A DNA stretch of 64,000 nt, taken from IMG/VR virus record IMGVR_UViG_3300032116_000033, positions 1 to 64,000 of that record, one strand, 5' to 3'. The position numbers and the translations under genes are program-made. Below are positions 38,515 through 48,604 of this stretch, piece by piece (position 1 is the stretch's first letter; each line of letters starts with the position of its first letter). Origin of the DNA: a virus. The notes under the pieces were generated by a model. The model was not told the origin of the DNA. It searched no databases and saw nothing but the letters and a program-made list of their open reading frames with translations.

Positions 38515-40170
38515 TCTAACGTCAGGACATCACCAGACAAGATACGGCAGCTTCTGCTGGAGAAGCACGGCGGCCTAGTGTCTATAGACGTCTCAACCTT
38601 CTGCGGCATGAACAAGAAAGCCAAGTTCATCGACGTAGACCACGGAGAGTGGTGGGCGACGCCTACGAAGGTGGTCACATGCGGCCAAAAGCACCCCAAT
38701 AGAAGAAAGATATCGCTTGCGGACATAATCGCCGCACTCGATACAAACCATCAAGGTCTAGTTTTTATAGACTCAAGCTCGTACTCTTCCTCCAACAAGA
38801 AAGCCAAGTTCATCGACGTAGACCACGGAGAGTGGTGGGCTCCGGTGTACAAGGTTGCTTTCTACGGTCAGTCTCATCCTGGAAGAAAGTCTAAGAAGCT
38901 GTCGGACAGCCGTGCGTCGACCCACACCACAGACGACTTCAGGGCAAAGATGAGTCAGAGGATAAAGGAAAAATACCACGACATAGCGAGCACGAACCTC
39001 CAGCGGTACGGCGTGTCCACTCCGCTGCTCCTGCCAGAGACGATAGACAAGAACAGGTCCCGCTTCCTTAGCCCTGAGGCCTTGAAGAAGAAAGAAGAGA
39101 CCAGAGCCGAAAGAAGATTAAGACTAAACGAGAGAAAGAGATCTAAAAGGACAAAGGCGGATCCAGCGGATAGGCTACGAAAACTTCAAGAGATCGGCGT
39201 AGCTAAGAGCTTAGACGGAAGATCCATCAAAGATATATGGAAGCTCAACTTCGCAGACAAGATAAGCTACTCGTTCGTGTGCAAGATCTATGCCAAGCAC
39301 CTACCAGCTACGGAGAGCGATTTTATCAGCCTAGTCGAAGAGCACTTTACCATGAGCGACATAGAAACGCTAATGAGCTCAAATCCTATGTTATCAAGGT
39401 TCGATAAGTTCCCGGCAAAAGGATGCAACATAAGACCTGACTTCAAGGTCTCCGATCGCGTCTACGTCAACGTCGACGGTCTATACTGGCACTCGGACAA
39501 AACATTACACAAGAAATACCACCTGAAGGCAAGGCTAAAAGCAGAAGAGTTTAACTTAAGGCTCCTGCAGTTCAGGGCAGACGAGGTGATCTACAAGCGG
39601 TCGATCGTCGACTCTATGATAGCGGTAAAGGCTGGCGCGGTGAAAGATAAACTCCATGCCAGGAAGCTTGATATAAGACAAGTGACCGCACCGGAGGCGA
39701 AGACCTTCCTCAAGGCCAACCATCTCATGGGGTTCGCGTCCGCTTCCGTGTATCTGGCCCTCAAGGACGTAGATCAGATAAAAGTCCTGCTCTCCTTAAG
39801 GTTCGAGGGCAGTCAAGTAAAAATAGTAAGGTTCGCTTCTGCGCTGAGCACCGTGGTCGTTGGCGGTTACTCCAAGCTGCTCAAGTATGCTATAAAGACG
39901 TTCGATATAGATAAGATCTACACGTTCGTCGACCTGCGGTACGGCGACGTCGCCTCGCTCAAGGACATGGGCTTCGTGCACGTCGGCACCACGCTGGGAT
40001 GGAAGTGGACCGACTACGACAAGACCTACAATCGTCTGTTCTGCAAGGCTAACATGGACGAGAGAAAATTGACACAGAAAGAGTACGCCAAAGAGCTTGG
40101 CTTGGTCAAGATCTACGACGCGGGTCAGGCGAAGATGGTCTTAAGCGTTGACAGAGGTTCAGATGGCTAA
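38512..40170 (+). CDS. putative homing endonuclease (Vsr/PD-(D/E)XK-like), paralog of 53015-54556
   Basis: TNLQRYGV repeat; RPDF...VNVDGLYWH; FVDLRYG; IYDAGQ. Confidence 0.75.
   Translation: MSNVRTSPDKIRQLLLEKHGGLVSIDVSTFCGMNKKAKFIDVDHGEWWATPTKVVTCGQKHPNRRKISLADIIAALDTNHQGLVFIDSSSYSSSNKKAKFIDVDHGEWWAPVYKVAFYGQSHPGRKSKKLSDSRASTHTTDDFRAKMSQRIKEKYHDIASTNLQRYGVSTPLLLPETIDKNRSRFLSPEALKKKEETRAERRLRLNERKRSKRTKADPADRLRKLQEIGVAKSLDGRSIKDIWKLNFADKISYSFVCKIYAKHLPATESDFISLVEEHFTMSDIETLMSSNPMLSRFDKFPAKGCNIRPDFKVSDRVYVNVDGLYWHSDKTLHKKYHLKARLKAEEFNLRLLQFRADEVIYKRSIVDSMIAVKAGAVKDKLHARKLDIRQVTAPEAKTFLKANHLMGFASASVYLALKDVDQIKVLLSLRFEGSQVKIVRFASALSTVVVGGYSKLLKYAIKTFDIDKIYTFVDLRYGDVASLKDMGFVHVGTTLGWKWTDYDKTYNRLFCKANMDERKLTQKEYAKELGLVKIYDAGQAKMVLSVDRGSDG
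38611..38840 (+). repeat. exact 47-bp direct repeat (38611-38657, 38794-38840)
   Basis: AACAAGAAAGCCAAGTTCATCGACGTAGACCACGGAGAGTGGTGGGC occurs twice, 183 bp apart, in frame. Confidence 0.9.
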
Positions 40171-40294
40171 GGTAACGAAAATCGAGCGCACGGGCATAAA
40201 GCAAATAGCGAAATTGGAGGTTCGTTCAAGCGACGATCCGACCAATCCGATGTCAAATTCGTTTGTTACAGCTGACGGCACCATCAACCACAAC
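40163..40294 (+). mobile_element. split intein, C half (44 aa)
   Basis: MAKVTKIERTGIKQIAKLEV...NSFVTADGTINHN followed by Cys. Confidence 0.88.
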
Positions 40295-42826
40295 TGCAAT
40301 GGACCACACGTGCCGCTGGTCGTGGTGGACGAGATTGATACAGTATCAGGCGAGGGGCTTAGAGCCTACAAAGAAATCTCCGGTATGCTCGACTCCAAGC
40401 GCGGCCGTAAGCCGCTGCGCGTGGGCATATCGACCAGAAAGTCGCGATACGGTCTCATGAACCAAGCCATCGAGAACGCCGAGAAGCAGGGCAGACATGT
40501 TCGTCGCTGGACCGCATTTGAGTTCACCGAGCGATGCCCAGACTCACGATCTGGAACGCAGCGCCAAGAATACTACATCGATCAGCAGTCGTTCGACGTG
40601 AGATCTCCGTCAGAGTTCGAGAAGCTCGGCGAGCAGAGGAAGAAAGAGTACGAGAGATACGAGATGTACATAGGCTGCGGGAAATGCCCACTCGCTCCTA
40701 TATGCCTCGGCGACGCCAAGAATCAAGTCTCAGAATCGCCGATGCTCAAGTCTATAGACGAGCTCGCGCAGAAGGTCTTGTCAGAGGGTCCTGACTGGGC
40801 GATGTCCCAGCTGATGAATCTAAAGCCGTCGGTCGAGGGGATCATCTACAAAGAGTTCGACGAGCGCATGCACGTCAAGACCTGGAACCAGATGTGGTTG
40901 TCGCTGACCGGAAAAGAGTTTCCTGGCGAGTGCAACCACGATATATTCGTCAAGAAATGCTTCAGTGACGACACTGAGGTTTTGACGAACAACGGCTTTA
41001 AGCTTTTTAAAGATCTTACTGAGTATGACACTCTAGCCACCCTAGACAACGGTGGTGTGTTAAACTACCAGAAACCGATAGAGCACATCTCGTATCACTA
41101 TAAGGGAAAGATGGTAAACCTTTACAATGAGATAGGCGGAGGCAAGCACCATCTCGACCTTCTGGTTACTCCCAACCACGATGTCGAGTACCTTCACGGT
41201 AGAAACTTCAGAAAGAAGCAAGAGATAAAGCTTTTGAAGCAGCGAGCAGACTCTCTTGACGAGCTGAACGATTTTTACATACCGGCTACCTGGCTTTCCG
41301 GCTCTACAGCAAACAACATGGACATAAAATCTCCTATAAGCTTCATGACCGGCGATCAGTTTATGGCCTTCATGGGGCTTTGGCTGAGCGAAGGCTCTAT
41401 GAGTTCGACAAGAGCAAACGACGAGTGGGGGCACAACAAGGTAGAGGTTTCTCAGTCTAAGAGCAGAGACGCCTCTGACAAGGTTGAGCGGCTTATGGCA
41501 TCGATAGCTTGGCCCAACAAGCTTCACAGAGAGTCTGATGCTCGGGATCAGGTTGACTATACGACAAACTGGTCCGTATACAACAAAGAACTATATAATT
41601 ACTTAAAGCCTTTAAAGTTTGCCGTCAACAAGTTGATATCTAGGAACATACTTGAACAAGCTTCCCGCAGGCAGCTATCGATCCTTTTGGAGTGGCTATG
41701 CTTCGGGGACGGCTCGTACATGTTCGACGGATCAAGGCAACAGCCTTATTATTCAACAGGCTCTGAGCAGCTTGCCAACGATGTTCAAGAGCTATGCTTT
41801 AGATTGGGATATAAGAGTTCTCTTTCAATGCAGGGTAATCAAGGCAAAACGCACAAGAACACAGGGACTGAGTACCTAAGACGTTTTAGAGTTAATTTTC
41901 ACTTTAAGACAAACAACAAGCCAGCAGATCGTTCGTACTACATCAACAACGGAACCAACAAGAGCGAATATTCTAATAAAACACAAGGAAACATAGGTGA
42001 AGTAGACTACGATGGAATGGTCTATTGTGTAACGATGCCCTCGTCTAGGTTATTTGTTCGCCGCAACGGAGTAATATCGCTGAGCGGCAACTGTCACAAC
42101 ATGGGTCTTCCAGCGTACGCCGGCATCGACTGGGGATGGTCAAACCCGCACACGCTCGTGGTATTTTTCGTGGACGCAAAAGAGAACATATACGTCGTAA
42201 GATGCGACGGCATGACGTATATATCAAGGCCCACGTGGATGCACCACATCAAGAACAAGTGGCATCAGCCATACCGTATCCAACTCTACTTTCCTGACCA
42301 AGCGGATCCTGGTGACGCAGTAGAGATGAGGAAGCTTGGCCTTCCGACTTCGACAAACACAGACAAGGGCAACATCAACACCGGCATACAGATCATAAAG
42401 AAGTGGCTTAAGATTCCAGGCACTGCCGAGTCTAAGCTTTTCATTGCTCAGGAGACATGTCAGGCTCTGATAAGGGAGTTCCAGCTCTACCACTACAAAA
42501 CCGATGCCGCTGGCCAGATATCAGACACTCCAGACAGCGAGCACGATCACTGGCTGGATGCTTTACGATACCCGCTGACGAACCTTTTCGGCAAGAACCA
42601 GATCGTGCTTTCATCTGCCGGTTTGGACGTCGATATGGCAAAACTGGTTGATAACAATGGAAATTTCTTCAAGGCGCCCACTCCAGAAGAGTACGCGAAA
42701 CTCAACAACCTGCCGTTTAATCCAGAGGTTAATGCCGATAAGCTTGGTAAAATAGGAAGGCTGTCTGAGATCGATGACGAGGAAGACGATAAGTCTGTAG
42801 ACGGTGGATTTCTTTGGACGTTTTGA
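40163..42826 (+). CDS. terL: terminase large subunit, C-terminal precursor (split-intein C half + cis intein)
   Basis: GAGG RBS and ATG; Walker B VVVDEID; ISTRK coupling motif; nuclease GIDWG and DHWLDALRY; portal follows. Confidence 0.9.
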   Translation: MAKVTKIERTGIKQIAKLEVRSSDDPTNPMSNSFVTADGTINHNCNGPHVPLVVVDEIDTVSGEGLRAYKEISGMLDSKRGRKPLRVGISTRKSRYGLMNQAIENAEKQGRHVRRWTAFEFTERCPDSRSGTQRQEYYIDQQSFDVRSPSEFEKLGEQRKKEYERYEMYIGCGKCPLAPICLGDAKNQVSESPMLKSIDELAQKVLSEGPDWAMSQLMNLKPSVEGIIYKEFDERMHVKTWNQMWLSLTGKEFPGECNHDIFVKKCFSDDTEVLTNNGFKLFKDLTEYDTLATLDNGGVLNYQKPIEHISYHYKGKMVNLYNEIGGGKHHLDLLVTPNHDVEYLHGRNFRKKQEIKLLKQRADSLDELNDFYIPATWLSGSTANNMDIKSPISFMTGDQFMAFMGLWLSEGSMSSTRANDEWGHNKVEVSQSKSRDASDKVERLMASIAWPNKLHRESDARDQVDYTTNWSVYNKELYNYLKPLKFAVNKLISRNILEQASRRQLSILLEWLCFGDGSYMFDGSRQQPYYSTGSEQLANDVQELCFRLGYKSSLSMQGNQGKTHKNTGTEYLRRFRVNFHFKTNNKPADRSYYINNGTNKSEYSNKTQGNIGEVDYDGMVYCVTMPSSRLFVRRNGVISLSGNCHNMGLPAYAGIDWGWSNPHTLVVFFVDAKENIYVVRCDGMTYISRPTWMHHIKNKWHQPYRIQLYFPDQADPGDAVEMRKLGLPTSTNTDKGNINTGIQIIKKWLKIPGTAESKLFIAQETCQALIREFQLYHYKTDAAGQISDTPDSEHDHWLDALRYPLTNLFGKNQIVLSSAGLDVDMAKLVDNNGNFFKAPTPEEYAKLNNLPFNPEVNADKLGKIGRLSEIDDEEDDKSVDGGFLWTF
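40958..42091 (+). mobile_element. cis intein 3 (378 aa, LAGLIDADG)
   Basis: CFSDDTEVLT start; VTPNH; GLWLSEGS and WLCFGDGS; ends VYCVTM...LSGN followed by Cys. Confidence 0.9.
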
Positions 42827-42865
42827 TAAGTATAATAAATAAAAGCGCATATTATTGGAGACTTT

Positions 42866-44785
42866 ATGTCTTGGATTGAAGATATCAAGAAAGCGGTTAC
42901 CGACTCGATTCGCAAGGACATAGAGGACTTAACAAAAGTCGACGCAGACGACGCGCCAGACAAATCCCAAAGTCAGCCGGGCACCGGCGAGCTCGTAGGC
43001 GCCAAGGCCATACTGACCGACCCGTTCTACGACCACGCGGTCCACAACTACTTTCTCTCAAAGAGCAGGGTCTCTCGCATATCTAACAGAACCCTGCGCG
43101 AGATATCGATGCGCGACTGGCTCGTGAACACGATCCTTCAGATCCGCTGCGATACGGTCCTGAGGTTCTCTCGCCCCCAGCACAAGCGCTTCGACATGGG
43201 ATACAAGTTCGTCAAGACAGACCACTCGGCCATGTCTCAGGAAGACATCGACAACATCCGCATGCTGGAAGACTTCGTCTACCACTGCGGTCGCATAGAC
43301 GGAACGCCTCGCGGCGAGGAGATGCTCTTCGGCGAGTTCGTCAAGCTCATCGTGTGGGACGCGCTCTGCTTCGGCCACATCGCGTGCGAGAAGGTCCTGA
43401 CCAGGAAAGGCGGCCTTCACAGGTTCCGTCCCCTGCCCGCGGAGACGGTCTACAAGGTAAACCCCAACATCAACCGAGCCACGGTAGAGGGCCAGGCCAA
43501 GGTCGCCGTAGACCTGTATCACAAGAAAAGATCCGACAACGACTCGTCTAACCGCGGCCACGTAAACACGCCCGAGATCGAGTACTTCAAGTACGTCCAG
43601 CAGTCGGTCGACAACCGAGTCCTCAACGTCTTCGGCGACGAGGACATGATCTTCAAGCTGTTCAATCCCAAGAACTTTGCAGACTCGAACGGTTACGCCA
43701 TATCCATGGTCGAGCAGTCGGTGATAATGATCACGAACCACCTTAACGTGGAATCATACAATGCGAACTACTTCACCCATGGCTACGCTGCACGAGGAAT
43801 ACTACACCTTAAGGGCACGGTTACTCAGAACACTCTTGCATCTTTCCGTCGTCAGTTCTACAACACTATATCAGGATCCAACAATGCTTGGCGGACGCCT
43901 ATAGTCGCCGGCCTAGACGACGTGCAGTGGATACCGATGTCTGGTTCGGCCAAGGAGATGGAGTACATCAACTTCAACTCCCACATCATGCGAAGCATAT
44001 GCGCGCAGTTCCAGATCGACCCCATCGAGGTCGGCCTCGACTACCTTACCACGGCGAACGGTCGCGCGGCCTCTCAGGCCAAAGAGTCAGGCCAGTTCAA
44101 GATCACGTACTCTCGCGAGCGTGGTCTGCTGCCGATACTGTTCTTCATCGAGGACCTGATAAACCAAGATGTCGTTCCTGCGCTGGACAAAACGCTGGCA
44201 GAGCGCTATAAGTTCAAGTTCGTAGGCTACACGGACGATACACCTCAGACAGATATATCGCTCAGACAAGCGCAGCAGACAGTTTTTGCTTCTATGAACG
44301 ATCTTCTGAAAAATGAAGACAAAAAACCCCTTAGTCATCCAATTGCAGATCTTCCTCTTAATCAGTCGTTCTGGACTCTTGTAGACAAGATGATGACCAA
44401 GGGAGAGCAACGTGAGTTCTTTCTGGGTGATACTGGAGCAACAAATAGAAATGAATTAAAATATCTACCAGGCGATCCTATGTTCCTTCAATTTCAAAAT
44501 CTGCTTATGACAAAGCAGGCCCATAAAGAAGCAAAAGATCAACAGCAGCAACAGATGGAAATGCAGCAGCAACAGCTTCAGTCTCAGCAAGATGTCGTCG
44601 ATGGTCAGGCTGAAAGACAAAAACAAGCAGATGCTCAGGCAGCGGTTCGGCAAAGCAAGCAAGAGTCTCCTGTACAGCAGCTTCAGGAATCCGCTAAGCA
44701 GTACGGCGCAACTCGAGCTGGAAGCGTAGAAGGCCAGGTCATGCGCAACCCGATAAACGCCGCCGCAGAAGCCGAAAAAGAGTGA
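42866..44785 (+). CDS. portal protein
   Basis: Follows terL; NYFTHG..ARGIL, FRRQF...G.NNAWRTP, EMEY, ICAQFQIDPIEVG portal-like motifs. Confidence 0.85.
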   Translation: MSWIEDIKKAVTDSIRKDIEDLTKVDADDAPDKSQSQPGTGELVGAKAILTDPFYDHAVHNYFLSKSRVSRISNRTLREISMRDWLVNTILQIRCDTVLRFSRPQHKRFDMGYKFVKTDHSAMSQEDIDNIRMLEDFVYHCGRIDGTPRGEEMLFGEFVKLIVWDALCFGHIACEKVLTRKGGLHRFRPLPAETVYKVNPNINRATVEGQAKVAVDLYHKKRSDNDSSNRGHVNTPEIEYFKYVQQSVDNRVLNVFGDEDMIFKLFNPKNFADSNGYAISMVEQSVIMITNHLNVESYNANYFTHGYAARGILHLKGTVTQNTLASFRRQFYNTISGSNNAWRTPIVAGLDDVQWIPMSGSAKEMEYINFNSHIMRSICAQFQIDPIEVGLDYLTTANGRAASQAKESGQFKITYSRERGLLPILFFIEDLINQDVVPALDKTLAERYKFKFVGYTDDTPQTDISLRQAQQTVFASMNDLLKNEDKKPLSHPIADLPLNQSFWTLVDKMMTKGEQREFFLGDTGATNRNELKYLPGDPMFLQFQNLLMTKQAHKEAKDQQQQQMEMQQQQLQSQQDVVDGQAERQKQADAQAAVRQSKQESPVQQLQESAKQYGATRAGSVEGQVMRNPINAAAEAEKE

Positions 44786-44794
44786 CATCTCAAA

Positions 44795-44839
44795 CATATA
44801 GATCCCATGTGTATAATATGATGCATGGAGGTCTATATG
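44795..44839 (+). promoter_or_regulatory. long hairpin with TATAAT in the loop, masking GGAGG and the ATG
   Basis: CATATAGATC-CCATGT / GCATGG-A-GGTCTATATG; TATAAT 44812-17. Confidence 0.65.
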
Positions 44840-45655
44840 GCTCTGATCATAATCGAAGGCATCGATCGTTCGGGCAAGAGTACGCTTGCGAAAGCATATG
44901 AGGCCCAAGGCTACCGCTACATTCATTTCTCCGCTCCTGATAAAAAATACTACCAGCCAGGCTACACTGGGCCATCATATCTTGACGATATGATCGATAC
45001 CCTAGTGTCATTGTCTGGGCAAGATGTCGTACTAGACAGATCGCACTACGGTGAGTGCGTGTGGCCTTACGTATACCGGCGAAATCCGCTACTCTCAGAC
45101 GACGATCTAGAGATCCTTCGCGAGATCGAGCAGCAGAACGACGTCACCCGCATCCTGATGTACGATGACAACATCGAGGCGCACTGGAAAAGGTGCGTCG
45201 ACAACAACGAGCCCCTGACGCGAACAGACTTTGATTCTGCCATTCAGCTCTACGATGCGCTTGCCTATAAGTACGGTTTCGTAAAACTGACTAAGCAAGA
45301 CATCGCCCCGATACTCAATGAAGCCAAGACGTCAACACCCGAGAAGGTAGAAGATATGGCACAGGCACAGGAAAAACTTCCAGAGTCAAACGTCGTGAAG
45401 ATAGACACTACATCCAAGCTAACGCCAGAGCAGCTCAAGCTGCAGCAAGCCAACGCGATCAACGATATCCTGTCGTCAAGGATCATCAAGCGCAAGGGCA
45501 ACGAGTACGAGATCATCGAGAACAAGATCAGAGAGTTCTTGAACGTAGAGCTGGCCCAGCTGCTGGGTACCGGCAGATCCGTTCCTCAGCTGTCTACAGA
45601 AGACATCGCCATACTTAAGGCACTAGCAGACCGAGTCCGCGAGAAGCGAGCTTGA
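44837..45655 (+). CDS. thymidylate/dNMP kinase-like P-loop protein
   Basis: IIIEGIDRSGKST; VVLDRSH. Confidence 0.8.
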   Translation: MALIIIEGIDRSGKSTLAKAYEAQGYRYIHFSAPDKKYYQPGYTGPSYLDDMIDTLVSLSGQDVVLDRSHYGECVWPYVYRRNPLLSDDDLEILREIEQQNDVTRILMYDDNIEAHWKRCVDNNEPLTRTDFDSAIQLYDALAYKYGFVKLTKQDIAPILNEAKTSTPEKVEDMAQAQEKLPESNVVKIDTTSKLTPEQLKLQQANAINDILSSRIIKRKGNEYEIIENKIREFLNVELAQLLGTGRSVPQLSTEDIAILKALADRVREKRA

Positions 45656-45674
45656 TCAACATAAACCGGGAGGC

Positions 45675-46259
45675 ATGATGAGAATTATGGACCACAAGAA
45701 CAAGAAACGAGTAGTGAGCACCTCGGAGAGACTCGAAGCCCTCGAGAAAGAGGCCACGAACCTTTCCTTGGCCATCAGAGTAAATCAGGCGCTGATGAAG
45801 CAGCTGATGGAGCAGCTCCGCCCGATGCAGGACGATCTTACCCGCTTCTACGGGGCGCTGAACGACACCCAGTACAAGCTAAACGCGATCGTCTCTACGC
45901 TGAACGTAGACAAGACCCTACTAGCAAAAGAGGCAGACAGGTTCAAGCTCGAGGACTGGCAGTCGGCGTCGGACCGAGACGACACCGCTCGCGGACTGGA
46001 AGCCGCCACGGTCGTGTCCTCTCCTGAGGACATCGTCATCATCACGTCGACGACGCCCGACGAGCCCGAAGACAGAGGCATCTTCAGGTCAAAGACCGCG
46101 CTGAGCGAGATCTCTAACAAGGACATCGTGGACGGTTTCCTGGGCAAGTCCGTCGGCCACACGGTCGAGACGAGCATCAACGGATCACGCCACATCGTAG
46201 AGCTTATCGGTGTCAGGTCGGCACCTAAGGCAACAACCCAGCAAGCAGAGGCACAGTGA
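45675..46259 (+). CDS. coiled-coil protein with GreA/GreB-C-terminal-like domain
   Basis: N-terminal heptads; FLGKSVGHTVETSINGSRHIVELIGV. Confidence 0.5.
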   Translation: MMRIMDHKNKKRVVSTSERLEALEKEATNLSLAIRVNQALMKQLMEQLRPMQDDLTRFYGALNDTQYKLNAIVSTLNVDKTLLAKEADRFKLEDWQSASDRDDTARGLEAATVVSSPEDIVIITSTTPDEPEDRGIFRSKTALSEISNKDIVDGFLGKSVGHTVETSINGSRHIVELIGVRSAPKATTQQAEAQ

Positions 46260-46462
46260 TGAAAGTAGATCTAAAAGTTTTACTGCGATACGCGTCGGCG
46301 ACGATCCTGGCCCTGGTGGTCGGGTTCCTGCTAGGAGACGAGGTCCTTAACCGATTAGACCGCCACGTCTACCGCGACCGCTGCGTAGACATGCACGTTC
46401 AGACCATGGGTGCAGAAGCCCTGCCGCTGATCGAGATGAAGTGCCACCAGCTCTTTCCCTGA
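46256..46462 (+). CDS. small membrane protein
   Basis: Single TM helix; GAGG RBS. Confidence 0.5.
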   Translation: MMKVDLKVLLRYASATILALVVGFLLGDEVLNRLDRHVYRDRCVDMHVQTMGAEALPLIEMKCHQLFP

Positions 46463-46474
46463 TAGGCTTCAAAG

Positions 46475-46639
46475 ATGTCTGACGAAGAGAACCTCTTCAA
46501 CCTAGACGACTACCGACGCATATGGTGCGTCGGTTTTCTCGAATGCCGATCCTGCCGCCATCAGCAGATAACAATATGGAAAACAGGAACAAAGACGCTG
46601 GAGTGCCCGTGCTGCGGGGGTCCGATAGACCTTTCGTGA
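46475..46639 (+). CDS. 54-aa zinc-ribbon protein (not in the ORF track)
   Basis: MSDEENLFNLDDYRR...CRSC...CPCCGG. Confidence 0.55.
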   Translation: MSDEENLFNLDDYRRIWCVGFLECRSCRHQQITIWKTGTKTLECPCCGGPIDLS

Positions 46640-46688
46640 GTATAACTTTGCTGACTGCGCAAAAAAGCAGACGTAAAGTGAGGATTCA

Positions 46689-47339
46689 GTGGGCGATCTA
46701 GAATTTAATCAGCAATGCACATGCGGACAGCCTGTATCTCATAAAAGATATAGGCTGTGTAGCAATTGCTATAAAGATAAAAGAAAACAAGATTGGAAAA
46801 TAAACGAACAAATTCGTAGAGCAAATGATCCAGATAGAGTTCGCAAAATATCGGAAGCAAAATCAAATAAATATAAAGAACTTAAGGTCCTTAGACCTAA
46901 AGTGCCTAAAAAATGTGCATGCGGAAACGTTGCTCTAAAAGGATCTAGGCGTGTATTGTGTGAAACCTGCTCGAAAGAAAATAGAAGAACTAAGAAAATA
47001 AAATATCAAAACAATAGAAAGAAAACTCACACACCCTCAAAGATTCGTGAAAATATTAAAAGTAGACTCAAAAGAGCATTAAAAAGCAATAAGTCTATGT
47101 CTATTGTTGAATACTTAGGTTGCTCTATGGATTTTTATATAAAATACTTAGAATCTAAATTCTTACCCGGCATGACTTGGGAAAACTATGGTATAAATGG
47201 ATGGCACATAGATCATATAATTCCATTAAGTACAGATTATAGTAATTTAGATTTGCATAACTATAAGAATACTCAGCCTATTTGGGAAAACGACCACTTA
47301 TTAAAAACCTCACAAGAAAACAAAAGAGAGGGAACTTAA
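46689..47339 (+). CDS. HNH homing endonuclease
   Basis: GMTWENYG..GWHIDHIIP; strongly AT-rich. Confidence 0.8.
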   Translation: MGDLEFNQQCTCGQPVSHKRYRLCSNCYKDKRKQDWKINEQIRRANDPDRVRKISEAKSNKYKELKVLRPKVPKKCACGNVALKGSRRVLCETCSKENRRTKKIKYQNNRKKTHTPSKIRENIKSRLKRALKSNKSMSIVEYLGCSMDFYIKYLESKFLPGMTWENYGINGWHIDHIIPLSTDYSNLDLHNYKNTQPIWENDHLLKTSQENKREGT

Positions 47340-47340
47340 A

Positions 47341-47754
47341 GTGGGTGATCTGGACAAAAGATTCAAGGCCAGATGCCCGAGGCAGCTTAAGGCGCTGCCG
47401 GACACGTGGTGCCCTTTGGCCGTGCTTAGGCTGAAGACCATAAAGGCACTTGGTCGTGAACCCACAGAAGACGAAGAGGCAAGGATGCCGGGCTGCCCCT
47501 GGGCCATCGCGCACCAACTTTCAGGATACTGCTGGTTCAAGTACGAGGCCCACTTCATGTACGACTCACCCTCGTCCGACCTCGACATCGCCGCGCTCCT
47601 GCAGATCTCCGTAGACACCGTCAAGAAAACATCAGAGAAATCAATCGCTAAGCTTCAAGACAAGACCAGCGTGGCAGAGCTGAAGTCATTGTTCAACGAC
47701 GAGAGCGTCATAGAGGACTCATCGATAAGCGACGACAGCATATACTGCGAGTAG
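47341..47754 (+). CDS. Cys-rich protein with HTH
   Basis: CP..CP..CP..C; DIAALLQISVDTVKK. Confidence 0.6.
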   Translation: MGDLDKRFKARCPRQLKALPDTWCPLAVLRLKTIKALGREPTEDEEARMPGCPWAIAHQLSGYCWFKYEAHFMYDSPSSDLDIAALLQISVDTVKKTSEKSIAKLQDKTSVAELKSLFNDESVIEDSSISDDSIYCE

Positions 47755-47827
47755 CAGTGTCAGCGTAAGGCTTTGATATGGTATAATAAAGATGCCTATT
47801 TAGGCTATTTTTATTATTGAGGTGTAT

Positions 47828-48604
47828 ATGAGGAAAGCTTGGAACTACGTAGAGATAGAAGCTGGCACTAGATTTGGTCAACTGGTTGTCGTAGAAGAAA
47901 CAAGTACCGATCGTCAAAATAGACGCTTTAAATGCTTATGCGACTGCGGAAAAGAACACGAAACAAGCTATGCCTGCCTGCGATACGGCAAGTCTAAATC
48001 TTGCGGCTGCTTAAAAATAAGAGAAACAATAGAACGACACAACTCAACCCGCGGCTCTACTGTAGTCGGTCTTGCTAACGGTTCATGGGTGGTTTTCTCT
48101 TATTCTGGTCGCACGTACAATTGTCGCTGCGAAGTTTGCGGCAGCGAGAAAAGCTTCAACGAGTCATCCTTTAAGTGCGGCGGCATATCGTCGTGTTGTA
48201 GACCGGTCTCTAGGAATCATGTCTATTACAAAAGATCGCTGCGGACGTGCATCGGCATGGCTATAGGCAAGCAATATAAGAAAACTCAAAAATCCGCGGA
48301 TATGCTTGGTATGCCTATAGACGAAGTGCTTAAGCACATAGAGTCGCTGTGGCAGCCTGGCATGAGTTGGAAAAATAAAGGCAAACGTGGACCAGATGGC
48401 TGGGACATCGATCATATATGTCCTTGCTCTCAAGCGCAGAACGAAGAAGAGCTAATAAAGTTACAGCATTACACAAACTTGAGGCCGATGTGGGCGATCG
48501 ATAACAGGACTAAGAATGATTTTAAAACCCCAGAGGGAGAAGACATATGCCAAAAACTTCTGGGGCGAGAGTGGATAGATAAACCTAAGTGGTACAATCT
48601 ATAA
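47828..48604 (+). CDS. HNH homing endonuclease
   Basis: GTRFGQLVV...CLCDCG...SKSCGC; WDIDHICPCSQAQNEEELIKLQHYTNL. Confidence 0.8.
   Translation: MRKAWNYVEIEAGTRFGQLVVVEETSTDRQNRRFKCLCDCGKEHETSYACLRYGKSKSCGCLKIRETIERHNSTRGSTVVGLANGSWVVFSYSGRTYNCRCEVCGSEKSFNESSFKCGGISSCCRPVSRNHVYYKRSLRTCIGMAIGKQYKKTQKSADMLGMPIDEVLKHIESLWQPGMSWKNKGKRGPDGWDIDHICPCSQAQNEEELIKLQHYTNLRPMWAIDNRTKNDFKTPEGEDICQKLLGREWIDKPKWYNL

Noticed and set aside
37650-40162. Group I intron explanation for the terL gap
   Set aside because: The gap is almost fully coding, leaving no room for a ribozyme core, and the downstream half has its own RBS, ATG and typical IntC start
42092-42100. CHN as the end of intein 3
   Set aside because: The next residue would be Met, not a nucleophile; SGN|C fits the splicing chemistry
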